A stretch of DNA of 64,000 nt from Gaiellaceae bacterium (GCA_036824055.1 DAITAW010000004.1:2114-66113); one strand, 5' to 3'. Numbered from the stretch's first letter, positions 24,851 to 35,113 are shown. A program made the numbers and translations. Notes: a model not told the origin generated them from the letters alone.

Positions 24851-25731
24851 AGGTCGAGGAAGGCGTCACCCTTTCCCGCTTCACGACGCTCGGCACGGGA
24901 GGGCGCGCTCGGGCCTTCGCGCGACCCGAAACGCTGGACGAGCTACAGGAAGCTCTTGCTTTCGCAAGCGAGCAGGGCGTGCCGGTTGCAGTGCTCGGTC
25001 TCGGCTCGAACCTCCTCGTGGCTGATGACGGCTTCGACGGTCTGGCCCTCAAGCTCGCCGGCGAGCTCGCGCAGGTCGACGTTCAGGGCGAGCTGCTCGT
25101 GACCGGTGGCGGGGCACCCAATGCCGTCGCTCTACACCGCGCGCGCGGCGCCGGGTTGGGAGGTTTCGAGTTCGCGTGCGCGATCCCCGGAACGGCCGGC
25201 GGCGGAGTCTGGATGAATGCCGGCGCGTACGGTGGTGACTGGGCAGGCATTCTCGAGCGAGCGCTGGTCGTCGACGGCGAGAGCGTGGAGTGGCGGACGC
25301 CCGCCGAGCTCGGTCTCAGCTACCGGCATTCGAACCTGAAGCACGGTCAGGTCGTCGCGCAGGTCGAGTTCCGGCTCACCCCGCGGCCGGCCGCCGAGAT
25401 CAAGGCCACCGTTGCCGAGTTGCAGGCCCAGAGAAAAGCTGCGCAACCGACGAACAAGCGCACGTACGGGAGTGTGTTCAAGAACCCGGGCCACGAGCTC
25501 TCCGCCGGAAAGATGCTCGAGGCCTGTGGTCTCAAGGGGCACAGGATCGGCGGCGCCCAGATCTCGCCGCGCCACGCGAACTTCATCGAGAACGCCGACC
25601 GGGCCCGCTCGGCCGATGCGATCGCCCTGATGAGCGAAGCCCGGCGGCGCGCCTGGGAGCAGTTCGGAGTGGAGCTCCAACACGAGGTCGAATTCCTCGG
25701 CGCGATCGAGCTGGCTTCCATCGCCGGGTAG
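24847..25731 (+). CDS. murB: UDP-N-acetylenolpyruvoylglucosamine reductase
   Basis: FTTLGTGGRA, GLGSNLLV, YRHS and GSVFKNP motifs. The GTG start overlaps the murC stop (GTGA at 24847-24850). The upstream part of the 24097 ORF is an Arg-rich shadow. Confidence 0.9.
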   Translation: MKVEEGVTLSRFTTLGTGGRARAFARPETLDELQEALAFASEQGVPVAVLGLGSNLLVADDGFDGLALKLAGELAQVDVQGELLVTGGGAPNAVALHRARGAGLGGFEFACAIPGTAGGGVWMNAGAYGGDWAGILERALVVDGESVEWRTPAELGLSYRHSNLKHGQVVAQVEFRLTPRPAAEIKATVAELQAQRKAAQPTNKRTYGSVFKNPGHELSAGKMLEACGLKGHRIGGAQISPRHANFIENADRARSADAIALMSEARRRAWEQFGVELQHEVEFLGAIELASIAG

Positions 25732-25762
25732 GACCCGCGGGCAGAGCGGCGAAGTCACCCAC

Positions 25763-26551
25763 GTGGGCGAGAAGGTTCTTCGGCTGCCGCGCAAGCGGAG
25801 CATCGATGTGCTGCGGTTCGCGCCGTCGCGCCGGTCGCTTGCGATCAGCGCCTCGATCGTGTTGCTCGCAGGCGGGCTGTACGGCCTGGCACGTGGGACG
25901 TCGATGTTCGCGGTGCGTTCGATCGAAGTCGACGGCGCCTCACCGGCCTTGGCCGGGGAGATACGAGCTGAGCTTCGCTCCTTCGATGGCCGCAGCCTTG
26001 TCTCGTTGAACGCCAACGACGTGGCGCAGCGGGTCGACGGCCTCGCCACAGTTCGTAGCTCGGTGGTCGACCGGGCCTTCCCGCACACGCTCAGGATCCA
26101 CGTCCTGCCGGAGGTGCCGGTCGCGGTGCTGCGGCGGGGAACCGAGTCCTGGCTGGTCTCTGCCCGCGGCCGAGTCATCGCGACGCTGCCGCTCCGAGCA
26201 CGTCACGACCTTCCGCGCATCTGGCTGCCGACCCGCACCCAGATCGCGACCGGCGCCTTCCTCACGAACGAGCCCGGCGCGCTTGCGGCGCACTCACTCG
26301 CCGCCTTCGTCGGCAGCGGCTTCTCCAGCCGGATTGCGTTCGTCCGGGCGCTCAACGGTCAGATCACCCTCGGACTCCGCGACGGGCTCGAGATCAAGCT
26401 TGGCGCGCCGATCGATCTCCGCCTCAAGGTCGCGATCGCGCGGGGCATCCTCCCGCTGCTCGCGTTCCCCGCCGCCGGCGGTCCGGACTATCTGGACATC
26501 ACCGTGCCCGAGCGCCCCGTCGCGGGCCGCAACCCTCAACCCTCAGGCTGA
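25763..26551 (+). CDS. ftsQ: FtsQ/DivIB-type cell-division protein (POTRA domain)
   Basis: N-terminal TM (LAISASIVLLAGGLYGLA), POTRA-like VRSIEVDGAS...IRAEL, and its position directly before ftsZ. Confidence 0.75.
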   Translation: MGEKVLRLPRKRSIDVLRFAPSRRSLAISASIVLLAGGLYGLARGTSMFAVRSIEVDGASPALAGEIRAELRSFDGRSLVSLNANDVAQRVDGLATVRSSVVDRAFPHTLRIHVLPEVPVAVLRRGTESWLVSARGRVIATLPLRARHDLPRIWLPTRTQIATGAFLTNEPGALAAHSLAAFVGSGFSSRIAFVRALNGQITLGLRDGLEIKLGAPIDLRLKVAIARGILPLLAFPAAGGPDYLDITVPERPVAGRNPQPSG

Positions 26552-26563
26552 ACGTGAGGGTTG
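26537..26563 (+). other. Stem-loop spanning the ftsQ stop codon (9-bp stem CAACCCTCA / TGAGGGTTG, 9-nt loop)
   Basis: Read directly from the sequence. No U-tract follows, so terminator function is unproven. Confidence 0.3.
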
Positions 26564-26569
26564 TCCGCA

Positions 26570-26598
26570 TTGACACCCCGGGAATCGCAGCGTACCCT
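26570..26598 (+). promoter_or_regulatory. Candidate ftsZ promoter (-35 TTGACA, 17-bp spacer, -10 TACCCT)
   Basis: TTGACA at 26570-26575 and TACCCT (TAnnnT class) at 26593-26598, 69 nt upstream of the ftsZ ATG. Confidence 0.35.
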
Positions 26599-26666
26599 CC
26601 TGCGGAGGAGCCGCTCGGTAGCCCCAAGCCTTTAGTCCAGCTTGAGGTCGAGCCACCTTCAGTGTC

Positions 26667-27737
26667 ATGAGCCAAACAGGCAATTACCTCGCGGTCATCA
26701 AGGTCGTCGGCGTCGGCGGCGGAGGCACCAACGCGGTCAACCGCATGGTGGATGCCGGCCTGGCCGGCGTCGAGTTCATCGCCGTGAACACCGATGCGCA
26801 GGCGTTGATGATGACGGACGCCGACGTGAAGATCCAGGTCGGCGCGCAGGCGACGCGCGGCCTGGGTGCGGGAGCAGATCCCGAGATCGGATTCGCCGCT
26901 GCGCAGGAAAGCCGCGACGAGCTCAAGGAGGCGCTGAAGGGCGCGGACATGGTCTTCATCACGGCGGGCGAAGGCGGCGGCACCGGAACGGGAGGAGCAC
27001 CTGTCGTCGCCGAGCTCGGCCAGGAGATCGGCGCACTGACCGTTGGCGTCGTCACGCGGCCGTTTGCGTTCGAGGGCCGCAAGCGCGCCGATCAGGCTGA
27101 GCGTGGTGTCGACCAACTTCGGGATCGCGTCGACACGCTGATCGTGATCGAGAACGACCGGTTGCTGCAGGTCGTCGAGCGACAGACCTCGGTCGTCGAG
27201 GCCTTTCGGATGGCCGACGACATCCTGCGGCAGGGCGTCCAGGGCATCACCGATCTGATCACCGAGCCCGGTCTCGTGAATCTGGACTTCGCCGACGTCA
27301 GGACGATCATGCGTGACGCCGGGTCGGCCCTGATGGGAATCGGCCGTGCGTCGGGTGAAAACCGAGCCGCGGAGGCGGCCCGGATTGCCGTTTCGTCTCC
27401 TCTCCTCGAGGCCTCGATCGAAGGCGCGACCGGGATCCTGCTCAACATCACCGGTGGTTCAGACATCGGCCTCTTCGAGGTCAACGAGGCCGCCGAGGTC
27501 GTCACGGGAGCGGCGGATCAGAACGCCAACGTCATCTTCGGCGCCGTGATCGACAATTCGCTCCAGGAAGAGGTGCAGGTCACCGTCATTGCAACCGGGT
27601 TCGGTGGCCGGGGCGGCCGGCGCGCCCGGCGCAGGGAAACGGCTCCTGAAGCTCCGCTGCCGACGAGTTCCGCACGCGAAGGGTTCGACGTCTCGCAGGA
27701 CGTGCTGGACGTCCCCTCGTTCCTCCGCGACGACTGA
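26667..27737 (+). CDS. ftsZ: Cell-division GTPase FtsZ
   Basis: Tubulin signature [20 protein letters not shown] and a conserved C-terminal peptide [10 protein letters not shown]. Confidence 0.97.
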   Translation: MSQTGNYLAVIKVVGVGGGGTNAVNRMVDAGLAGVEFIAVNTDAQALMMTDADVKIQVGAQATRGLGAGADPEIGFAAAQESRDELKEALKGADMVFITAGEGGGTGTGGAPVVAELGQEIGALTVGVVTRPFAFEGRKRADQAERGVDQLRDRVDTLIVIENDRLLQVVERQTSVVEAFRMADDILRQGVQGITDLITEPGLVNLDFADVRTIMRDAGSALMGIGRASGENRAAEAARIAVSSPLLEASIEGATGILLNITGGSDIGLFEVNEAAEVVTGAADQNANVIFGAVIDNSLQEEVQVTVIATGFGGRGGRRARRRETAPEAPLPTSSAREGFDVSQDVLDVPSFLRDD

Positions 27738-27892
27738 GGTTTGGCGCCGGCACGGCGCGGTTATCTCTGACCTGCCCTCCTGGGGTTCATCCTCCCCGGT
27801 TGGCCCCACGACCCGGTCCGTCGCTCCGGTTGCGCCTCCCAGAGACACAGCCGGAGCGGCACCTTTCCGACGCTCGTTAGCATCGTCCGCCT

Positions 27893-28945
27893 ATGGCCCA
27901 GATGCTCCTGCGGACAGCGCTCCACGACCGCCAGGTCGCCTTGGGCGCGCGGATGGTCGGGTTCGCCGGCTGGGAGATGCCGGTGCAATACGAAGGCGTC
28001 ATCCCTGAGCACCGGGCGGTTCGGGCCGATTGTGGCGTCTTCGACGTCTCGCACATGGGCGAATTCGAGGTGGAGGGCCCGCGTGCGACTGCGCTGTTGC
28101 AGGCGACCCTCTCGAACGATCTCGACAAGATCGGCGCCGGCCAGGCGCAGTACACGCTTCTGACGAACGACCGTGGCGGAATCATCGACGACCTGATCGT
28201 CTACCGACTCGATGATTTCCGCTTCCTGCTGATCGTGAACGCGGCCAACCGGGAGGTCGACCTCCGCTGGCTGAAGGAGCGCGAGATTCCGGGCTCCGAC
28301 GTTCGCGACGTCTCCGACGAATACGCGCTGCTCGCGGTCCAGGGGCCGCGGGCGATCGAGCGGCTGGGACTGCCCGAAGCCGCGCAGTTCACATTCGCCG
28401 AAGGAGAGATCGACGGGATTCAGTGCATGGTGAACCGCACGGGGTATACCGGGGAGCACGGGTGCGAGATCCTGGTCATGGCGGAGGACGCCGGCGACCT
28501 GTGGGACCGCGTGCTCGAACGTGGCGCCGTCCCATGCGGGTTGGGCGCACGCGACACGCTACGGCTCGAGGCCTCACTGCCCCTGCACGGGAACGACATC
28601 ACGCCCGACACCGACGCGATCTCAGCCGGGCTGGGCTGGTGCTGCGCGCTGGACAAGGAGTTCTCGGGCGCCGCGGAGCTTCGTGAGCTCAAAGCTCGCG
28701 GTCCCGAGCAGAAGCTCGTCTCGTTCGTCATGGAAGAGAAGGCGGTGCCACGCCAGGGAATGACGATCGAGGGCGGGGGCGAGGTCACGTCGGGCACGCA
28801 TTCGCCGATGCTCGACCGCGGCATCGGAATGGGCTACGTCCCCGCAGGCTCTGCGGCGCCGGACACGGAACTGGTAATCGACGTCCGCGGGAAGTCACGG
28901 CGAGCACGTGTTGTCAAGAGACCGATCTACAAGCGAGAGGAGTAG
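27893..28945 (+). CDS. gcvT: Glycine cleavage system aminomethyltransferase (T protein)
   Basis: GWEMPVQY, VFDVSHMGE and RTGYTGEHGCEI motifs. Confidence 0.92.
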   Translation: MAQMLLRTALHDRQVALGARMVGFAGWEMPVQYEGVIPEHRAVRADCGVFDVSHMGEFEVEGPRATALLQATLSNDLDKIGAGQAQYTLLTNDRGGIIDDLIVYRLDDFRFLLIVNAANREVDLRWLKEREIPGSDVRDVSDEYALLAVQGPRAIERLGLPEAAQFTFAEGEIDGIQCMVNRTGYTGEHGCEILVMAEDAGDLWDRVLERGAVPCGLGARDTLRLEASLPLHGNDITPDTDAISAGLGWCCALDKEFSGAAELRELKARGPEQKLVSFVMEEKAVPRQGMTIEGGGEVTSGTHSPMLDRGIGMGYVPAGSAAPDTELVIDVRGKSRRARVVKRPIYKREE

Positions 28946-28951
28946 CCCCAG

Positions 28952-29347
28952 TTGGCCGCAAGCGAGACCTATCCCGCCGATCTGAGGTACCACGCAGAAC
29001 ACGACTGGGCCCGCATCGAGGGCGACGAGGCAGTGCTCGGGATCACGTGGTTTGCACAGGACGCGCTCGGCGAGCTCGTCCACTACGAGCCGCCGAACGA
29101 GGGCGACACGATCGCGAAGGATTCGGCGTACGGCGAGGTGGAATCGGTGAAGGCGGTCTCGGATGTGATCGCGCCTCTGTCCGGTGAGGTGCTCGAGGTG
29201 AACGCCAAGGCCGTCGAGGAGCCCGAGACCGTGAACGATGACCCGTACGGTGACGGCTGGCTGGTCCGGGTCCGCTTGACCAATCCGGCCGAAGCCGACT
29301 CGCTGCTGGGCGTCGACGCTTACAAGCAAGTCGTAGCCGAAGCGTGA
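28952..29347 (+). CDS. gcvH: Glycine cleavage system H protein
   Basis: HDWARIEGD..., lipoyl-lysine context GEVESVKAVSDV, and DPYGDGWL. Confidence 0.92.
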   Translation: MAASETYPADLRYHAEHDWARIEGDEAVLGITWFAQDALGELVHYEPPNEGDTIAKDSAYGEVESVKAVSDVIAPLSGEVLEVNAKAVEEPETVNDDPYGDGWLVRVRLTNPAEADSLLGVDAYKQVVAEA

Positions 29348-29348
29348 T

Positions 29349-30680
29349 TTGAGTTATCTCTCGCTGACCGAGCGGGACCGCGAGGAGATGCTCGCGGCGA
29401 TCGGCGTCTCCTCCGTGGAGGAGTTGTTCCGCGACATCCCTACCGGCGTGCGCTTCGGCCGCGAGCTCGATCTCGGCCCGTCGCTTTCCGAGCAAGAGCT
29501 CTCCCGTCATCTCGAAGAGCTTGCAGCGCGAAACGTCGATTCGAGCAGAGAGCTGTCGTTCCTCGGCGCCGGCATCTATGACCACTACGTTCCGGCCGTC
29601 GTCGACACGGTGCTCCAGCGAGGCGAGTTGCTGACGGCGTACACGCCGTACCAGCCGGAGATGAGCCAGGGGGTGCTCCAGGCGATCTTCGAGTACCAGA
29701 CCGTGATCTGCGAGCTCACAGGGATGGACGTCTCGAACGCTTCCGGCTACGACGGCACCACCGTTGCGGCGGATGCGTGTTACGTGGCCAAGCACGTGAC
29801 GGGCCGGACGAAGGTCGTCGTGACCGAGGCGACGAACCCGCAGGTGAGGCAGGTGGTCAAGACATACGCGCCCGGCTTCGGGCTCGAAGTCGTCGAGGTG
29901 CCCCATCGCGGGGGCGTCACGGACCCGGGCGAACTGCGCCGCGCGGCGACAGACGCGGCCTGCGTGATCTTCCAGCAACCGAACTTCTTCGGCTGCCTGG
30001 AGCCGGGGCCCGACTTGGCCGCCGCCGCCAACGACGCGGAGGCGATCGCGGTTGCGCACGTCGACCCGATCTCCCTCGGGGTGCTGGAAGCACCGGGTGC
30101 CTACGGTTGTGGGATGGCGATCGGCGAGGGTCAGAGCGCGGGCAACTACCAGTCGTTCGCCGGCCCGCATTACGGCTTCCTCGCTGCACGGAAAGAGTTC
30201 ATCCGCCGCATGCCGGGACGGATCGTCGGTGAGACGCTCGACGTTGCGGGTGAGCGCGGCTTTGTCCTCACTCTGCAGACCCGGGAGCAGCACATCCGGC
30301 GCGAGAAAGCGACCTCGAACATCACGACAAACCAGACGCTGCTCGCGCTCGCCGGGCTGGTGCACCTCTCGTGGCTCGGGCCCCAGGGGCTGCGTGAGGT
30401 GGGGGAGACCTGCATGAGCCTCGCCGCCTACGCGCAGAGCAGGCTGGCGGAGGCCGGGCTCGAGCCTGCGTTTCCCGAACGGACAACATTCAAGGAGTTT
30501 GCAGTGCGCACCGGACGGAGTGCCCAGGACGCGATCCGCTCCGCGCGCGAACGCGGCGTGCATCCCGGTTATGCGCTCGGCCGCGATTACCAAGGCTTCG
30601 ACGATGCGTTGCTCGTTGCCGTGACGGAGCGCCGAACCCCCGCGGACATCGACCGGCTGGTGGAAGCGCTCGCACCGTGA
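29349..30680 (+). CDS. gcvPA: Glycine dehydrogenase (decarboxylating) subunit 1
   Basis: FLGAGIYDHYVPAVV, TAYTPYQPEMSQG and REQHIRREKATSNI motifs. TTG start 1 nt after the gcvH stop. Confidence 0.9.
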   Translation: MSYLSLTERDREEMLAAIGVSSVEELFRDIPTGVRFGRELDLGPSLSEQELSRHLEELAARNVDSSRELSFLGAGIYDHYVPAVVDTVLQRGELLTAYTPYQPEMSQGVLQAIFEYQTVICELTGMDVSNASGYDGTTVAADACYVAKHVTGRTKVVVTEATNPQVRQVVKTYAPGFGLEVVEVPHRGGVTDPGELRRAATDAACVIFQQPNFFGCLEPGPDLAAAANDAEAIAVAHVDPISLGVLEAPGAYGCGMAIGEGQSAGNYQSFAGPHYGFLAARKEFIRRMPGRIVGETLDVAGERGFVLTLQTREQHIRREKATSNITTNQTLLALAGLVHLSWLGPQGLREVGETCMSLAAYAQSRLAEAGLEPAFPERTTFKEFAVRTGRSAQDAIRSARERGVHPGYALGRDYQGFDDALLVAVTERRTPADIDRLVEALAP

Positions 30681-32176
30681 AGCTCATCTTCGAGAAGTCG
30701 CAAGCCGGCCGGCGCGGCGGAGAGCTGCCGAACTACGAGCTCCCGCGCGCGAAGGTGCCCGACGAGCTGAGGCGGGAGACCGCACCGCGATTGCCAGAGC
30801 TCGCGGAGCCCGAGATCGTCCGGCACTTTACAGAGCTCTCGACGCGCAACTTCGGCATCGACACGGGCTTCTATCCGCTCGGGTCCTGCACGATGAAGTA
30901 CAACCCGCGCGTCAACGAACGGCTGGCGATGCTGCCGGGGTTCCGGGACCTTCATCCGTACCAGGACGAGGACGCGAGCCAGGGAGCGCTCGAACTGATG
31001 TGGCGACTGCAGGAGGCGCTGATCGAGGTGTCGGGCCTTCATGCGTGCTCGCTGCAGCCGGCCGCGGGCTCCCAGGGGGAATTGACGGGGCTGATGCTCA
31101 TGCGCGCGTACTTCGCCGATCGCGGGGAGAGCGAGCAGCGCGACACGATCATCACGGCCGACACGGCGCACGGCACGAACCCCGCGAGCGTGACGATGGC
31201 CGGGTACAAGCTCGCGAAGGTCGAGACCGACGCGCGGGGCAACGTCGACGTCGCCCATCTCCGCGAGATGGTCGACGAACGGACAGCCGGGCTCATGCTC
31301 ACGAACCCGTCGACGCTCGGGCTCTTCGACGAGCACATCGAGGAGATCGCAACGATCTTCCACGAGGTCGGCGCCCTCCTCTACTACGACGGCGCCAACC
31401 TGAACGCCGTCTGCGGCATTTCGAGGCCGGGCGACATGGGCTTCGACATCGTGCACATCAATCTGCACAAGACCTTCTCGCAGCCGCACGGCGGGGGCGG
31501 GCCCGGAGGCGGCCCGGTCGTCGTACGAGACAAGCTCGAGCCCTTCCTGCCCCTGCCGGCGGTGGTCCGGGACGGGGAGCGGTTCCGTCTCGACCACGAT
31601 CGGCCCAAGTCGATCGGCAAGGTGCGCGGCTTCACGGGACCGTTCGGCGTCTTCGTCCGCTCGTACGCGTACATCCGCTCGTATGGGCCGCGCCTCCGCG
31701 AGATGTCGGAGGTCGCCGTCCTCAACTCCAACTATCTGCTGGCCCGGCTGCGGGAGGCGTACGACCTCCCGTACGACCGCCTCGCGATGCACGAGTTCGT
31801 CCTCAGCGCCCGCTCGCTGAAGCGACAACACGGCATCACGGCACTCGATGTCGCGAAGCGGCTGATGGATTACGGCTTCCATCCGCCGACGATCTACTTC
31901 CCACTCGTCGTGCCGGAGGCGTTGATGATCGAGCCGACCGAGACCGAGGCCAAGGAAACGCTGGACGAGTTCGCCGACGCGATGCTTGCGATTGCGCGAG
32001 AGGCGGCGGACGACCCGGAGCTACTGCGCGAGGCGCCGCACGCGCGACCCGTCAAGCGGTTGGACGAGGTGCTCGCGGCGAAGCGCGCGATCGTGAAATA
32101 CGGCTTCGACCAGCACCCGGACTTGAGTGACGCGCGGCCAGAGCCCCGCCAGCTCGAGGCTCAGAAGGGCGCGTAA
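30677..32176 (+). CDS. gcvPB: Glycine dehydrogenase (decarboxylating) subunit 2
   Basis: YPLGSCTMKYNP, PLP-lysine context HINLHKTFSQPHGGGGPG. GTGA overlap with gcvPA. Confidence 0.9.
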   Translation: MKLIFEKSQAGRRGGELPNYELPRAKVPDELRRETAPRLPELAEPEIVRHFTELSTRNFGIDTGFYPLGSCTMKYNPRVNERLAMLPGFRDLHPYQDEDASQGALELMWRLQEALIEVSGLHACSLQPAAGSQGELTGLMLMRAYFADRGESEQRDTIITADTAHGTNPASVTMAGYKLAKVETDARGNVDVAHLREMVDERTAGLMLTNPSTLGLFDEHIEEIATIFHEVGALLYYDGANLNAVCGISRPGDMGFDIVHINLHKTFSQPHGGGGPGGGPVVVRDKLEPFLPLPAVVRDGERFRLDHDRPKSIGKVRGFTGPFGVFVRSYAYIRSYGPRLREMSEVAVLNSNYLLARLREAYDLPYDRLAMHEFVLSARSLKRQHGITALDVAKRLMDYGFHPPTIYFPLVVPEALMIEPTETEAKETLDEFADAMLAIAREAADDPELLREAPHARPVKRLDEVLAAKRAIVKYGFDQHPDLSDARPEPRQLEAQKGA

Positions 32177-32179
32177 CTC

Positions 32180-32836
32180 TTAGGCGGCCAGCGGCAGGCT
32201 CAACTGCCTGAGTCCCAGCCGCTCGAAGACCAACTCGACCTCGATCGCAACCGGTGCGAACTGCTCCGCCTGCCAGATGTGCGCGTCGTCTTCGGCCTGC
32301 AGCTTCCCGAGCTGTCGGCCAAGCGCGCTGTCCTCGGATCGCAGCATCACCGTCTGCGCATAGGAACGCGCCCAGACTTCGTGCACCGACTGGAAGTACC
32401 GCTGACGCGACGAACCGCCGGGGAGCACGCGCTTGTCGAGCAGCGCGGCAGCTTCGCGCCAGGGTGCGAAGGCCTGGTGCACAGCCGATGCCCACGAGCG
32501 CGTCTTGCGGTCGTAGAAGATCTGGTGGTCAAGAAGGTGACCGAGCTCGTGCAGGAAGCCGAGCGCGGATCGCCCACCGACGCGTGAGACACGCAGGTCG
32601 ATCGGATCACGCTTGCGAAAGCGGTAGGCACCGGCCTCGCTGATCGTCGCCGTTGCGACGACCGGAACGGGCGAAAGATCCGAGCGAAGTCCGTGCAGCC
32701 TAGACGCCGCAGCGAGTGCACGCTGCAGCTCCGCCGCGAGAGGGCTCCGTCGCGGTAATGCGACGACGTCTTCCAACGAACGCAGGCGAGGCTTTCCCTC
32801 GCGGGGCACGCATTCCGGATAGCGGCGTTGTCCCAT
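32180..32836 (-). CDS. Hypothetical HEXXH-motif protein (putative zinc metallopeptidase)
   Basis: The motif GFLHELGHLLDH is present. Only the part from the ATG at 32836 looks coding. The upstream part of the 363-aa ORF is a shadow of the LspA-like gene. Confidence 0.5.
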   Translation of the reverse strand: MGQRRYPECVPREGKPRLRSLEDVVALPRRSPLAAELQRALAAASRLHGLRSDLSPVPVVATATISEAGAYRFRKRDPIDLRVSRVGGRSALGFLHELGHLLDHQIFYDRKTRSWASAVHQAFAPWREAAALLDKRVLPGGSSRQRYFQSVHEVWARSYAQTVMLRSEDSALGRQLGKLQAEDDAHIWQAEQFAPVAIEVELVFERLGLRQLSLPLAA

Positions 32837-32872
32837 TGGTAAATCTTCGGTTGTGCATCGGACGGACTTGAG

Positions 32873-33298
32873 TTGCGTGTCATGCTCTGCAGAGTGAAAC
32901 CGCGTCGTACGCTTCTCGTTTGCATCGCTGTTTCCTTTGCGGCAATCGATCTCGCGCACAAGTCTTTGGCGTCCGCGGACTTCCATCATGCGCGCACGCC
33001 GTTCGTCACGCTGGTGATGGGTGCGTTGATTGCGGCGCTCGTTGTTCTCGTACCGCGAGTCCCGTCGAATGCTGCCGCGGTTGGTGCAGGGATCGCGTGC
33101 GGTGGCACGCTCGGGAATCTGATCTCGCTGCTCGTGTGGTCGCAGGGCGTGCCCGACCCCCTGGTGGTCGCCGGCAGGGTGCAGGGGCTCGCCTTCAATC
33201 TCGCCGATCTGTTCGCGATCGTGGGCGACATGCTTCTGGTCAGTGCGGTCGCCCTCCACGGGGTTCGGCACCGCTCGAGTTTGCGGGAACGCGTCTAG
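32873..33298 (+). CDS. Signal peptidase II (LspA)-like membrane protein, first catalytic Asp replaced
   Basis: IDLAHKSL, GGTLGNLISLL and AFNLADLFAIVGD align with LspA GGAxGNLxDR ... FNxAD. The spacing from the GNLxD position to the Asp of NLAD is 27 residues, as in E. coli LspA. The first Asp is Ser here. Start uncertain (TTG 32873, ATG 32882 or GTG 32894). Confidence 0.5.
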   Translation: MRVMLCRVKPRRTLLVCIAVSFAAIDLAHKSLASADFHHARTPFVTLVMGALIAALVVLVPRVPSNAAAVGAGIACGGTLGNLISLLVWSQGVPDPLVVAGRVQGLAFNLADLFAIVGDMLLVSAVALHGVRHRSSLRERV

Positions 33299-33300
33299 AA

Positions 33301-33516
33301 CTAGTAGAGATCGTCGAGGTCGTCCACGATCGGCATGTGGTCTTCGCGACGACGACGTACGAGCTCCGACACCACGAGCAGAAGCGGTACGGCGAGCGCC
33401 GCCGCGAGGCTCGTCCAGGCGAGTGCGAACCAGGCGAGGACGAGTGCGCCCACGCCGAAGCGCTGCCCTACTGGGTCGTGCCGCAGGAAGCTCATGAGCA
33501 CGGCTGCTTCCTTCAT
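33301..33516 (-). CDS. Hypothetical small membrane protein (71 aa)
   Basis: Hydrophobic core [29 protein letters not shown] followed by an acidic tail. No homology recognised. Confidence 0.3.
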   Translation of the reverse strand: MKEAAVLMSFLRHDPVGQRFGVGALVLAWFALAWTSLAAALAVPLLLVVSELVRRRREDHMPIVDDLDDLY

Positions 33517-33635
33517 TTTGGCTCCTCCTTCAAGGGCAGGAATCGGCCGCCCCGGGGGGACCCTCCATCCCTCACTCGCGTAATGCCTGCTCCAGTCGCA
33601 AGACTGTAGGGAGGCACCCGAATGAGGGAGAGACG

Positions 33636-34028
33636 ATGACGAAAGTCCAGAAGACCGAGGAACAGTGGCGTGCGGAGCTGGATCCGGAGCGGTACCACGT
33701 CCTCAGGGAGAAGGGCACCGAGGCGCCGTTCTCCGGTGAGTACGACCACACCTTCGATCCCGGCACCTACCGCTGCGCGGGCTGTGGCGCAGAGGTCTTC
33801 CGCTCCGAGGCGAAGTACGACTCAGGCTGCGGCTGGCCGGCGTTCTACGCTCCCGCGGGGGAGGACGCGATCGACGAAGAAAGCGACACCACCTACGGCA
33901 TGGTCCGCACCGAGGTGACGTGCGCGAACTGCGGTGGCCACCTCGGCCACGTGTTCCCCGACGGGCCCGCACCGACGGGCCTGCGCTACTGCATCAATTC
34001 GAAGGCACTCGACCTGGAGGAGGAATAG
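33636..34028 (+). CDS. msrB: Peptide-methionine (R)-S-oxide reductase
   Basis: Two CxxC zinc motifs ([21 protein letters not shown]) and catalytic RYCINS. Confidence 0.92.
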   Translation: MTKVQKTEEQWRAELDPERYHVLREKGTEAPFSGEYDHTFDPGTYRCAGCGAEVFRSEAKYDSGCGWPAFYAPAGEDAIDEESDTTYGMVRTEVTCANCGGHLGHVFPDGPAPTGLRYCINSKALDLEEE

Positions 34029-34522
34029 TGGAGAAGAAGGCAACGTTCGGCGCCGGCTGCTTCTGGGGCGTCGAGGCAGCATTCCGGCAGCTCGACGGCG
34101 TGACGCGAACGCGCGTCGGCTACTCCGGTGGCAAGACGGAGAACCCGACCTACGAGGACGTCTGCTCGCACACGACGGGACACGCCGAGGTCGTCGAGGT
34201 CACGTACGACCCGGACCGCATCTCGTACGAGCAGCTGCTCGAGGTCTTCTGGGCGAAGCACGATCCGACGCAGCTGAATCGCCAGGGCTGGGACATCGGC
34301 GACAACTATCGCTCGGCGATCTTCTTCCACGACGAGGAGCAGCACGAGGACGCCTTGAAGTCGAAGGCCGGCGAGCAGCGCAACTGGGGCGCACCGATCG
34401 TGACGCAGGTCGAGCCCGCGCAGCCGTTCTACGAGGCCGAGGACTATCACCAGCAGTACCTCGAGAAGCGCGGCCGCTCGAGCTGCACGCCTGCGCTGCA
34501 GCGCGCAACAGCCGCGAGCTGA
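34028..34522 (+). CDS. msrA: Peptide-methionine (S)-S-oxide reductase
   Basis: Catalytic motif [17 protein letters not shown] and GHAEVV. The GTG start shares 1 nt with the msrB TAG stop. Confidence 0.9.
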   Translation: MEKKATFGAGCFWGVEAAFRQLDGVTRTRVGYSGGKTENPTYEDVCSHTTGHAEVVEVTYDPDRISYEQLLEVFWAKHDPTQLNRQGWDIGDNYRSAIFFHDEEQHEDALKSKAGEQRNWGAPIVTQVEPAQPFYEAEDYHQQYLEKRGRSSCTPALQRATAAS

Positions 34523-34576
34523 GACCTGGCTACAGCAAGCTGACCGTAGGCCGCGGCGACGCGGCCTACGGCAGCG

Positions 34577-35071
34577 CTAGCCCTTCAAGAGCGCGCAGCG
34601 CGGTTCGTGCCTTTCCGCGAGGCGGAGCAGAAGCGCGTGCAGGTCCGCGCGGTCCTTGTCGCCGAGGGGGGCGAGAAACCCGTCCTCGATCTCCTTCGAA
34701 AGAGCACGTAGCCGCTTGAGCGTTCGCTTCCCGTCCGATGTGAGGCGGACGAGGTGCCGCCGGCGGTCGTCCGGATCGCGACGGCGCTCGATGAGCCCCT
34801 GCTCCTCGAGCTCGTCGAGCAATCCCACGAGCTGGCCGCGGTCGTAGCCGAGCGCGTCGGCGATCGAGCCCTGCGTGTCGGCCGACCCCGCGTCGAGCAC
34901 GAGCAGGATCGCGTGGTGATACGGATGGAGCCCGGTCCCCTCGTAGGCCTTCATCGTTCGTTCCTTCGCGGCGTAGCCCAGCCGCTTGAGCAGGAACGTG
35001 GCGGATGCAACGAGCTCCTCAGGTAGCTGAGGAGCCGTGCGCGGCTGTGTTTCGGGGTTTGTGACGGTCAT
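34577..35071 (-). CDS. MarR-family transcriptional regulator
   Basis: Winged-helix pattern QGSIADALGYDRGQLVGLLDELEEQGLIERRRDPDDRRRHLVRLTSDGK. Divergent from an MFS efflux gene. Confidence 0.85.
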   Translation of the reverse strand: MTVTNPETQPRTAPQLPEELVASATFLLKRLGYAAKERTMKAYEGTGLHPYHHAILLVLDAGSADTQGSIADALGYDRGQLVGLLDELEEQGLIERRRDPDDRRRHLVRLTSDGKRTLKRLRALSKEIEDGFLAPLGDKDRADLHALLLRLAERHEPRCALLKG

Positions 35072-35113
35072 GTGAAACAGAGTAGCGCGTACAAGCGTTG
35101 TTGTGCTATAAAA

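Noticed and set aside
23278-25731. Arg-rich ORFs overlapping murC/murB on both strands (23481-24689, 23666-24580, 24097-24846, 25132-26178)
   Set aside because: They have extreme Arg/Pro/Ala composition and no motifs. The murC and murB frames carry all the expected signatures.
27738-27892. Glycine riboswitch upstream of gcvT
   Set aside because: I looked on both strands for the conserved aptamer elements (GGAGAG ... CACCGAAGGGGCAA ... CUCAGGCAAAAGGAC). Only loose fragments are present (CCGGAGCGGCACC on plus, CTCTGGGAGGCGC on minus). A covariance-model scan (Rfam glycine model) would be needed to settle it.
29043-31882. 516-aa and 431-aa minus-strand ORFs opposite gcvPA/gcvPB
   Set aside because: They are shadow ORFs of well-supported glycine dehydrogenase subunits.
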